A program made the translations under genes and the position numbers. Under the pieces are notes generated by a model that was not told the DNA's origin, did not search any database, and worked only from the letters and a program-made list of their open reading frames with translations. A DNA stretch of 64,000 bases, taken from positions 1 to 64,000 of the forward strand of contig JAVHQC010000004.1 of assembly GCA_036170915.1 (NCBI GenBank), given 5' to 3'. Below, one piece after another: positions 20,259 to 28,554 of this stretch (positions are counted from its first letter, which is position 1; every line of letters starts with the position of its first letter). The stretch is from Cyanobacteria bacterium auto_48_18 (GTDB lineage: Bacteria > Cyanobacteriota > Vampirovibrionia > Obscuribacterales > Obscuribacteraceae).

Positions 20259-21236
20259 CCGAAATTTTTGCTAAGTGCCGCGCTAGCGGTAGCTCTCGCT
20301 ATATGCACGGCATTTTCATTCGCCGTCGGCCCCATTGAAGCAAAGGCTCCTGAGCCTCGAACAAATGCAATTAGAGTCGTCTTTCCTAATGATGTCAGCT
20401 TAGGCAATCTCACCTTGCTCGATAAAAACTGGACCAATGGCGATGCGCATCCACGGGGGCCATCATTTGGCCAGGCCCGCGGCTCGTTGATTTTGCCGCC
20501 TGATAAAAGCTTGATGATCAGATTTTTCGACACTATAGAAGAGCATCTTGATGGCCTCAACAATCTGCCTAAAGACTCTGTGTCATGCCTTGATTTTGAA
20601 GGAACCGGCGTGGGCGACAAAGTTGTCAGCGCTATTCAGAAAGTAAAAAGTTTAGAAAGCGTACGCAGGATCATTTTGCAAGACACTGAAGTCACAGATA
20701 AGAGCGTGACGATGCTGGCAAACTTTAAGAATCTGGAAACTTTGAATTTGCAAAGCACTAATGTGCGTGGCACCACTATTAGTGCGTTACTGCCTTTACC
20801 TAAGTTTTTTGCTTTCGATATCGGATGTAATGATCTTGAGAAAAAGTCGTTTGATGCGCTATCTGAGCTGACACGCCTGGTTCAGCTAAATCTCTGTCGC
20901 ACCGGATTTGATGATGCTGCTGCTTTGAAAATCGTCAAACTAAAAAACTTAAGTCGCCTCATCGTCAGTGACAATCTCAAATTTACCGACAAGGGTTTGG
21001 CTTACCTGCAAGCTCTTCCTCGTTTAACTCATATAGATTTGCGAAATACGGGGGTAACTGCGGCGGGAATAATGAAGTGGAAGAATAGTAAAACCTTACG
21101 CACAATTACATTTAATAGAGGGCAGTTCAGCACTGCTGCTGAGCGTGAATTTAGTCGCGGAATGAATTCAGTAAGATTTAGAATCGAAGATCGACGTGAA
21201 CAATCACCTGAAGGTTTATTCGCGCCATTGAAGTAA
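20241..21236 (+). CDS. Exported leucine-rich repeat protein
   Basis: Signal peptide; LxxLxL repeats (NLETLNLQSTNV, RLVQLNLCRT, RLTHIDLRNTGVT). Confidence 0.88.
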   Translation: MSNFWQPKFLLSAALAVALAICTAFSFAVGPIEAKAPEPRTNAIRVVFPNDVSLGNLTLLDKNWTNGDAHPRGPSFGQARGSLILPPDKSLMIRFFDTIEEHLDGLNNLPKDSVSCLDFEGTGVGDKVVSAIQKVKSLESVRRIILQDTEVTDKSVTMLANFKNLETLNLQSTNVRGTTISALLPLPKFFAFDIGCNDLEKKSFDALSELTRLVQLNLCRTGFDDAAALKIVKLKNLSRLIVSDNLKFTDKGLAYLQALPRLTHIDLRNTGVTAAGIMKWKNSKTLRTITFNRGQFSTAAEREFSRGMNSVRFRIEDRREQSPEGLFAPLK

Positions 21237-21271
21237 GATCTTTATGTGGAGATAGGGTGATCGACAGAGTC

Positions 21272-21325
21272 TTATGGGCGTTAACAGTTCTCAAAATTGC
21301 TTTTAAAAATAGCTAACGCCCATAA
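21272..21325. terminator. Inverted repeat between convergent genes
   Basis: TTATGGGCGTTA ... TAACGCCCATAA perfect 12-bp arms. Confidence 0.5.
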
Positions 21326-21346
21326 TATCCGCCCCGTCGAGAAAAC

Positions 21347-22888
21347 CTATTTAGATGCTGCGATTTCGCGGCCTTTTGCAATTAGTTCAATTGGAACGCC
21401 TGACAGCTTTTGTCTGCGTGCAGAATATTGATAGCCGTCATGTCCAGAGCGTCCAATCACCTGGCCTGCTTTAATGGTGTCGCCTGTGGTAGCGCTGGCA
21501 AGGTCAAGGCCGGCATAAATTTGGAAGCGACTACCTTTAGCTTTCTTGTCATAACATTCCATCACTACTAGATCTTCACCCGGGTTGGCGGCCTTGTAGC
21601 GCTCGACTACAGCCAGATCGGCTGCGCTCAATTGCATACTGGGAATGCCCTGGTTGTGATTTCTATCGTTATGATTGAGGCTATAGACAACGCGTCCGTC
21701 TTGCATCGCTGTAACAGCGCTGTCTTTTTTGTGAATGTTGGCAAAGATGTCTCCTTTGCTGTACACCACATCAACGTCAGCGCCTGGTACATCAAGCAAA
21801 GCTGATTTGGTTACGCCTTTTTCTACCTTAAATTGCACATGCGATTTGCCGTCTGCATTTTCTACCAGCATACCGTCGGCGAAGTTATCAACTTTGCGGC
21901 CGTTTTTGTCTATGGTAGAAGTAATGCCTTTGTCAACGGTGACAATGGTGCCGTCTTTGCTGTGGCTAACTTTTTTGCCGGATAAATCGGTGTACGAATA
22001 GGTGCCGCTTTCTTTGTCAACTTCTACTTTACCGTACCAACTTTTGTGGCTTTGTTGATTGATCCAGCGGTCGTTGCCCTGGCGTGTCCAGGTACCCTCG
22101 CCATTCGTCAATTTTTGCGGTTGGCCGCGATCATCGTAGTCACTGAAGGTGAATTTTTGACCTGCGGCATCACGCATTGAACTCAGTTGTCCTTTGGCGT
22201 CGAAAGCAAGCAGCGAGTTTTCTTTCAGGTCGCGAATGGCAGTGCGGCCATCTGGAGCGCTATAGCGCACTTTGCCGGCACGCAGGTCTTCATCAGCGAT
22301 ATTGCCCTGGCTATCGACTCTGTGACGTGATACCACTTCATCATTGCCACCAAAGCGCTCTACTGATTTTGTACCGCCTGAAGTGTAGATTGTGCGCTCG
22401 TTGCCACTTCTAAATGAATAGCCTTTTTCGTCAACTCTAATCTCGCCTTTCCATCTGGCACCATCATCAGTTTTCCACTCATCGCTATAGCGACCGTGGT
22501 GTTTTTGTCTATTCCAGGTGCCGCTTTCGTTGCTCACTTGAGTAAGATCATTGCGATCGTATTTGAAAGCGAAGACGCGATTAGATGCATCTCTAAGTTT
22601 GGTGACGCGGTCTAACTCGTCAAATGTTACCTGGCTGCCATCTTTGTTAATGTGAGTTTGCGATTGAAATTCGGGATAAGGCGATTTGCAACTCATGCCT
22701 TTGTCTGACTGACAATTGGCGAGTTCGCGGCTATTGCTATTGGCGCTGATGTTGGCGCGGTTGCTGTTTGCAAAGGTGTGAGTAAACAGGTCACTGCGAC
22801 TGTCTGAACGGTCGTGATTGTTGAACTGGTCGCCTAATGGCTCGTTAAGAGCTCTGCTATCGGCGAAATCAGCTTGTCTAGTGCCCAT
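21347..22888 (-). CDS. YD/RHS-like repeat protein with a degenerate M23 peptidase-like C-terminus
   Basis: FDELDRVTKLRD, FKYD and FDAKGQL repeats; C-terminal VTAMQDGRVV...TGDTIKAGQVIGRSG; ATG at 22888 follows GGAGG. Confidence 0.65.
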   Translation of the reverse strand: MGTRQADFADSRALNEPLGDQFNNHDRSDSRSDLFTHTFANSNRANISANSNSRELANCQSDKGMSCKSPYPEFQSQTHINKDGSQVTFDELDRVTKLRDASNRVFAFKYDRNDLTQVSNESGTWNRQKHHGRYSDEWKTDDGARWKGEIRVDEKGYSFRSGNERTIYTSGGTKSVERFGGNDEVVSRHRVDSQGNIADEDLRAGKVRYSAPDGRTAIRDLKENSLLAFDAKGQLSSMRDAAGQKFTFSDYDDRGQPQKLTNGEGTWTRQGNDRWINQQSHKSWYGKVEVDKESGTYSYTDLSGKKVSHSKDGTIVTVDKGITSTIDKNGRKVDNFADGMLVENADGKSHVQFKVEKGVTKSALLDVPGADVDVVYSKGDIFANIHKKDSAVTAMQDGRVVYSLNHNDRNHNQGIPSMQLSAADLAVVERYKAANPGEDLVVMECYDKKAKGSRFQIYAGLDLASATTGDTIKAGQVIGRSGHDGYQYSARRQKLSGVPIELIAKGREIAASK

Positions 22889-22970
22889 ATATGGAACCTC
22901 CAAAAGTTATCAAAATGCCCGGGGGTGGGGTATTCGAAGCGCTGCTCCGTGTTAACCACAATAGGGTCGA

Positions 22971-22991
22971 ATTTTGTCAAACTTTTGGCAG
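22971..22991 (-). promoter_or_regulatory. 21-bp motif copy 2, upstream of the YD-repeat gene
   Basis: Exact match to 20238-20258. Confidence 0.6.
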
Positions 22992-23012
22992 GGTAAAAAA
23001 GATTTTGCGGGC

Positions 23013-23669
23013 TTAAATAACCGGTCCGGCTTTGATCAGCACTTCATTGCGCCGCAGGAAAGGCAGTGTCCATGGTGGATTGTAATAAGCAAAGACAGCT
23101 TCGCCCATGCTTTTCATATTGTGTTTGATCAAAAAAGTTTCAAGCTCTTCAGCTTTCTTTTCCATGTCTTTTGGTGTGGCCACTCCGGAGAAGCGTATTG
23201 CAGCAATGCGCTCACCAGGCACTTCGAAGAGCTTTATGCGGTCATCCTTAGGCTTGGGCAGTGTAGGCAGGCTGTACTGGCTTGGCATGGTAAAGCGTAT
23301 CTTCCACACGCTACCGCTTGCTTCTGCAGTTACTGGTGCAGTCATAGGAATTTTTTCGCTTTTGGTTTGCGATACGGGAGCGGTCATGGAAATTTTTGCG
23401 CTGGTAAAGGTCTGATTTGATTGGTTTTTGCCAAAGATATAGCCGGCAAGAACGCGGAAGCCAGCCTCTAAAGCCGTCTTTTGATCGCCGGCAATTTCTA
23501 CTTCTGCTACGACCGTAGGTTCGTACTGTCTCAGTTCTATTTGGTCGTAATTTTCGAGCACACTATATTTAGGTTGCTCGACTTTCGAAGCTGCTTCATT
23601 CTGGGCCAGAGCTGCTACCGCCGCTGCACCAATAAGTCCGAAAAATATTAGTCGTTTTTTCATGTACAT
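23013..23669 (-). CDS. SOUL heme-binding protein
   Basis: ELRQY, GFRVLAGYIFG, KISMTAPV/KIPMTAPV, YNPPWTLPFLRRNEV. Confidence 0.93.
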   Translation of the reverse strand: MYMKKRLIFFGLIGAAAVAALAQNEAASKVEQPKYSVLENYDQIELRQYEPTVVAEVEIAGDQKTALEAGFRVLAGYIFGKNQSNQTFTSAKISMTAPVSQTKSEKIPMTAPVTAEASGSVWKIRFTMPSQYSLPTLPKPKDDRIKLFEVPGERIAAIRFSGVATPKDMEKKAEELETFLIKHNMKSMGEAVFAYYNPPWTLPFLRRNEVLIKAGPVI

Positions 23670-23753
23670 ACTATATCAAAAAAAACGGCCCTGGAATGTG
23701 ACTGTTGGGCTTGGGTGCTTGATGTGGTGTTGCGGAGGCTTATGGGTTTTGCT

Positions 23754-23822
23754 CGCCTAAGAAATTTTACAACCTCTGGGTTGTATATTTTCACAACCTA
23801 TGGGTTGTATTTTTCTTAGGCG
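23754..23822. repeat. Two ACAACC-N4-GGTTGT palindromes enclosed by 11-bp inverted repeats
   Basis: CGCCTAAGAAA (23754), palindromes at 23768-23785 and 23792-23809, TTTCTTAGGCG (ends 23822). Confidence 0.8.
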
Positions 23823-23929
23823 CTGAGTTAGGGATCCCATGTTACGGTTTAAGTGAACACCACATAAGGTGGCAGCTGAAAGTGCGAGGTCTAAAAATTG
23901 GTGCTGTCTACCGGCTCCAGGATGGTTGC

Positions 23930-24331
23930 CTAATTTCTTTTGTCGTGTTCACTGGGTGCGGTCTGTGTAGGAGCAGGAGCCGATTTCATAGCATTGAGCT
24001 CAGAGCTTACAGCGCTGAATGCTTTGCTGACGGCTGAAGTCAGGGCCCCTTGAGTTATGCCGCTGAATGTGGCCAATAGAAAAGTCCATAATACTGCTAT
24101 AAAAATTACCCGCGTGCGAAACCAGTGACTGCTAAAGAGAAGAAAGACTACTGGACCGAAAAAAATAGCGTTAAATAAGTAAGGAATATAGGAAGCATTG
24201 CCTGCAAGAGCGGCCAGGAAAATGCATAAAAATAAAATTGGATATACGGCGAGAGGATATATCCAACAGAGGGTTCCAAACCAATCTGGTGGTTTGTCTA
24301 AGAATGCATACATGGCGTCAAGGCGACTCAT
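23930..24331 (-). CDS. Small hypothetical membrane protein
   Basis: 133 aa with about three hydrophobic segments. Confidence 0.6.
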   Translation of the reverse strand: MSRLDAMYAFLDKPPDWFGTLCWIYPLAVYPILFLCIFLAALAGNASYIPYLFNAIFFGPVVFLLFSSHWFRTRVIFIAVLWTFLLATFSGITQGALTSAVSKAFSAVSSELNAMKSAPAPTQTAPSEHDKRN

Positions 24332-24614
24332 CTAACCATTGTCGCAGATATCCCGAATAATTGGTCGATGCTCGAAATCAAAGCTGACTCTGGCTTGGGG
24401 GTTGTTTCAGAAACTAAAACGTATACGCTCTAGTTTATTTGACAAGGCCAGCCCTCGGCAATGGTGCTGCTTTACAGACTAAACCCCTTGCTTTCTGTAA
24501 ATATTTTCAACGGCCAGTAAGTGCCTTTGCCGGGCTCAGTGAAACAATTTTCACACCTCAACAGTACCTTTCTGATACCTTGAATAGTGGTAAGACCCTG
24601 TATGGAGCCACTTA

Positions 24615-26018
24615 GTGACCGCGCCGCTAAAAATCGCATTGATGATTTTTGTGCTCGCACTATGTCAGCAGTCGGCGTTTGCAGCGGTCAAATTGCCCGG
24701 CGTCTTTTCCGATCACATGGTAATTCAACGTGATGTGCCCATCAAAGTCTGGGGCACAGCTAAACCAGCCGAAAAAATTACCGTTTCCTTCGCCAGCCAG
24801 AGAGTTAATTGCGTCGCTAATAAGCACGGAAACTGGAACGCGATTTTGGAAGAAATTCAAACCGGCCATACCGGCGAGTTGAAAATTCAAGGCGAAAACA
24901 CTGTCGTTATCAAAGACGTCGTTGCCGGTGATGTATTCCTTTGCGCGGGCCAGACCGAGTTTATGCCAGCTCTCAAACAGCTGCCTGCTACCGCTGCTAA
25001 ACATCAACCAAACAGCAAGTTGCGAATATTTGTGGTGCCTAAACGTGCGTCGGCGATTCCCCTCGGTACGTTGGTTGGAAATTGGGTACCTGCCGACAAA
25101 GCAGTGCCGGCAGATTGCTCAGCACTTAGCTACAGGCTTGGTCGCGATTTGCAATATAATTTGAAAGTGCCGGTTGGTGTAATCGACTGTACATTTGATG
25201 ATACGCCCATTGCTGCCTGGATCTCGAAAGATCGTTTGATGCAGGTTGATTCTTTTAAAGCGATTTTGATAAACCCCGCTGCCGCCACCACTGGTGGTAT
25301 TGGAAAACCTCAACCAACGAGTGTTTACAATGGCATGATTGCACCACTTATTGGTTACGGTGTCAAAACAGTTTGTTGGTATCAAGGATTTTCTGATCTT
25401 GGCTTTGCCAGTAGTTATCGCAAATTATTGCCCATTCTGATTCGCGATTGGCGCGGCCGCTGGGCTCAAGAGCCGGAGCTGCCTTTTGTATTTGTACAGC
25501 TGCCCAGTAGCTCTTTCCGCCCAGTTAAGGCGCCGCCCAACTGGTGGGCAGAAATACGCGACGCTCAGGCTTCAGCTTTAGCGCTGGGTTCTACGACTAT
25601 GGTCGTTACTAATGATTTTGCCGACGATAGTCAGCTCCAGGCTAAATCAGGCCTTCCCAGCCGTCTGGCCGCCGCCATTCGTCATTGTCTCTATGAAGAT
25701 AAGTTGGCTCCGGTTGGACCATCATTCGAATCGTACGGCAATGAATCTTCTAAAATTGTGCTGCGCTTTAAGCATGCTGATAAAGGGCTTGTCTTGAATC
25801 ATTCGAAAGACAACGTCAGCGGTTTTGAAATTGTTGACATTAAGGGTCGTGTTTTTCCTGCGGAAGCCAAAGTTGTTGAATCACATGTTGTCGTCTGGAG
25901 CCCACAGGTAGTTAATCCAATAGAAGTGCGTTATGACTGGAAAGACGCGGCCCACGCCACTCTCTTCAATGGAGAGCACCTGCCGGCCGCGCCTTTCAAA
26001 ATTAGTATCAGACTCTAA
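24615..26018 (+). CDS. Sialate O-acetylesterase family protein with degenerate catalytic motifs
   Basis: FSDHMVIQR, VYNGMIAPL, WYQG, LPFVFVQLP, VRYDW, LPAAPF; GQTEF in place of GQSNM. Confidence 0.85.
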   Translation: MTAPLKIALMIFVLALCQQSAFAAVKLPGVFSDHMVIQRDVPIKVWGTAKPAEKITVSFASQRVNCVANKHGNWNAILEEIQTGHTGELKIQGENTVVIKDVVAGDVFLCAGQTEFMPALKQLPATAAKHQPNSKLRIFVVPKRASAIPLGTLVGNWVPADKAVPADCSALSYRLGRDLQYNLKVPVGVIDCTFDDTPIAAWISKDRLMQVDSFKAILINPAAATTGGIGKPQPTSVYNGMIAPLIGYGVKTVCWYQGFSDLGFASSYRKLLPILIRDWRGRWAQEPELPFVFVQLPSSSFRPVKAPPNWWAEIRDAQASALALGSTTMVVTNDFADDSQLQAKSGLPSRLAAAIRHCLYEDKLAPVGPSFESYGNESSKIVLRFKHADKGLVLNHSKDNVSGFEIVDIKGRVFPAEAKVVESHVVVWSPQVVNPIEVRYDWKDAAHATLFNGEHLPAAPFKISIRL

Positions 26019-26026
26019 TCGGCAAA

Positions 26027-26989
26027 TTAGTGTTTGCGACTTCTGTATGCTCGACCTTCATCGTGAATCCAGACATTCAATAATTGTGCCAATTGGCTTG
26101 TAAATTGACCCTCTTCCAAAAGCAAATGTTCGCCACCGCCAACTATCCAGAGAAGCTTATCTTGGCTGGATAGAGCGTTGAATAATTCGACGGTGCCTTC
26201 TGGTTTAACGAGTTTGTCTTTAAATCCGGCCATCATCAAAACTGGCTGTCTTTCGATCAGATGGGCACTGTCATAATTGCCCTTCATAAAGGTATCGAAT
26301 TGCTTCAATTCTTTTGGTGTTAGTTCCAGACGATTGAGTGAATTGGCTTCCATTTCTTTGCGAAGGCGAGCGTTATCAGTTATTTTGTCGATAATTTCGG
26401 GATTCATTTTTTTGTCTGGGTCTTCCAGATAATGAGCACCAACCACAATTGCGCCGCCCATTTTAAAGAAGCGATCGCTTGATGGTACTGACGATACCAG
26501 GCCGTCTACCAACTCCGGATGACGAGCTGTTGTGGCCATGGCAATAGCACCACCCATAGATTCGCCCACCATGAAGATTGGCACTCCAGGATAAGCCTTG
26601 CGCAAAGATCTAAGGGCTTGCTCGATGTCGTCTAAACAAGCTTCAAAGTTGACGGTGTCCTGGCCTTTGCGCTTTGCCCATTGACCAAAACCGCGCACAT
26701 CTACTGCATAAACGGCATAACCGTGACCGGCCATTGCGCGGCCGAATTCGCCATAAGAGGCGCTGCTAAAACCAAGACCGTGGACACAAAGAAGAACCTC
26801 TTTTGGTTGATTGAGAGGCAACCAGGCACGATAAGGAACTGTAATTTTCGAGGCCCAGCCAGGCAGTTTTCTGGTTGTGGTTGTTGTGACTGTTTTAGTC
26901 ACTTTCTTCACTTGCGCCTGAGCGGCCACAGACACGGTTGTCAACGTGAACAGTGAAAGTAATAGAGCCGCCGCAGATTTGTGTGACAT
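26027..26989 (-). CDS. Exported alpha/beta hydrolase (lysophospholipase-like)
   Basis: Signal peptide, VHGLG, DVRGFG, GESMG nucleophile elbow, Asp (DKLV) and His (GEH). Confidence 0.9.
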   Translation of the reverse strand: MSHKSAAALLLSLFTLTTVSVAAQAQVKKVTKTVTTTTTRKLPGWASKITVPYRAWLPLNQPKEVLLCVHGLGFSSASYGEFGRAMAGHGYAVYAVDVRGFGQWAKRKGQDTVNFEACLDDIEQALRSLRKAYPGVPIFMVGESMGGAIAMATTARHPELVDGLVSSVPSSDRFFKMGGAIVVGAHYLEDPDKKMNPEIIDKITDNARLRKEMEANSLNRLELTPKELKQFDTFMKGNYDSAHLIERQPVLMMAGFKDKLVKPEGTVELFNALSSQDKLLWIVGGGEHLLLEEGQFTSQLAQLLNVWIHDEGRAYRSRKH

Positions 26990-27039
26990 AGATGGAAGAT
27001 CCTTTTAGATTTGCTATGTTGTGTTTTAGAATCGTGAGT

Positions 27040-27094
27040 TAGAAAGTACTAGTATTAGTTCTAGAAAGTATTAGTTCTCGAAAGTATTAGTACT
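27040..27094. repeat. Imperfect short tandem repeats (GAAAGTATTAGTTCT-like) in a divergent intergenic region
   Basis: AGTATTAGT occurs three times and GAAAGTA three times. Confidence 0.65.
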
Positions 27095-27095
27095 A

Positions 27096-27626
27096 TTGCA
27101 CATACTGACTTCAACTCGCAGGTCATTTGAATCTTTGACTGAAAGTTTAGCCAACATTGAGCCTACAACCATTACAGATGCGGCTTTAAGCGATCTGGTC
27201 TTTACATTGCTTGAGCCGCACGGATTTTCGCAATTCGAAAATAGATTTGTCAAGCATACTGACGAAACCGATCTGCTGATAACTCTGCAAAAGTCGTGCT
27301 GCAGCAGTGTGCACAATCTCAATCTAGCGGTAGTAATTAATCAGCTCCTTGGCCCGGATGCTCTTGATGAAACCCCCGCCTGGGGGCATCTGCAAACAAG
27401 GCTATGTATTTTGGCTGAGAACGATTTGATGCTGGCTTTAGATTCAATGGAGCCCATGACCACAGGCGCCCGCCGAGATATTATTGCAGAGGCCTGGTCT
27501 GAGCATGGCTTACCGTGGTTACTCAAACTCGGCACTCTTGATGGTATACGCACGGCGATTAAGGCTGGCGAAATTAATCCAAAGCATCATCCGCTGGGCT
27601 CAGAAGATTATGCCTTTTTGCTATGA
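27096..27626 (+). CDS. Hypothetical protein (DUF4304-like pattern)
   Basis: 176-aa ORF; LEPHGF...LITLQKS resembles DUF4304 N-termini; start uncertain. Confidence 0.5.
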   Translation: MHILTSTRRSFESLTESLANIEPTTITDAALSDLVFTLLEPHGFSQFENRFVKHTDETDLLITLQKSCCSSVHNLNLAVVINQLLGPDALDETPAWGHLQTRLCILAENDLMLALDSMEPMTTGARRDIIAEAWSEHGLPWLLKLGTLDGIRTAIKAGEINPKHHPLGSEDYAFLL

Positions 27627-28537
27627 GAAATTTGCACATTGATTTCTGCTAGAACCATATGTGGTGTTATTGCTGCCATGCAATTTTCTGCCTCAGATAC
27701 TTGGCAATATTCTCGTTGGAATTTTAAATTGACATTTAAATTGGCAGCAGCGGCGTAGTCAGGTTTTGGAACTTTGATCGGCTGGCATTTTGGTGAGCAG
27801 ACATTACCTTCAAACACCGTGACATTGGCGGCGCTGCGGTGATGGATATTACGCGGATGCACAAATGCGCAGGTAGGCACACCTTGTTGCACGGCAATGT
27901 GCATGAGACCGGTATCAACAGAAACTACTGCCAGGCAATTGCTAATTAGATCGATGGCATCGTCTATGGTGGCAGTGGGCAACCATTCTAGACCGGCGGC
28001 AATAAGTGCTTCCAGTGCCATTGAGTGATTAGCTTCGCCAAGCACCGCAATCTTATGGCCTTCTGCTTTCAATGCTGATGCTAAAAAAAGCCAGTTAGCT
28101 GTGGGCCAATGTTTGTAAAATCCGTCACTGGCCGGTACAAATAATATGGTGTCTTTGAGGGCCGGCATGGGCTTGAATTGAAGCTTAACCAGATTTTGGT
28201 AGTCTGTAACGATGCCAAAATCTAAGGCTATTTTTTCGATTATTTGTTCGATACGCGGCAAGCCAAAATATTCTTGAAATTCAGCAGAGGCCCAGTTGTG
28301 GTCAGTTTGCAGTGGATGGGCGCGCAGATTGATAAAGCGATCATCAGGGCCGATACATAAATTGGCCTCGGCTATTTCACCTTTAATGCCGACAATACGA
28401 TTGCTCAAACCAATCTGTCTGAAAGAACGAGCCACCAGATAAACGTCTTCGCCTGCGTCAATCAGAGCCTGAAAAACAGGCAGCGAAATGAAGAGGTCTC
28501 CCATGCCCAAATCAATTGGTGCGACAAATGTGGACAA
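27608..28537 (-). CDS. Glycosyltransferase family 9 (heptosyltransferase-like)
   Basis: GMGD, KHWP, VSVDTGLMHIA...GVPT. Confidence 0.9.
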   Translation of the reverse strand: MSTFVAPIDLGMGDLFISLPVFQALIDAGEDVYLVARSFRQIGLSNRIVGIKGEIAEANLCIGPDDRFINLRAHPLQTDHNWASAEFQEYFGLPRIEQIIEKIALDFGIVTDYQNLVKLQFKPMPALKDTILFVPASDGFYKHWPTANWLFLASALKAEGHKIAVLGEANHSMALEALIAAGLEWLPTATIDDAIDLISNCLAVVSVDTGLMHIAVQQGVPTCAFVHPRNIHHRSAANVTVFEGNVCSPKCQPIKVPKPDYAAAANLNVNLKFQREYCQVSEAENCMAAITPHMVLAEINVQISHSKKA

Positions 28538-28554
28538 GAAAAAACCACCGTTTG

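Noticed and set aside
22974..23420. ORF beginning MSNFWQ like the LRR gene
   Set aside because: Similarity is limited to the 21-bp repeat; the rest is antisense to the SOUL gene
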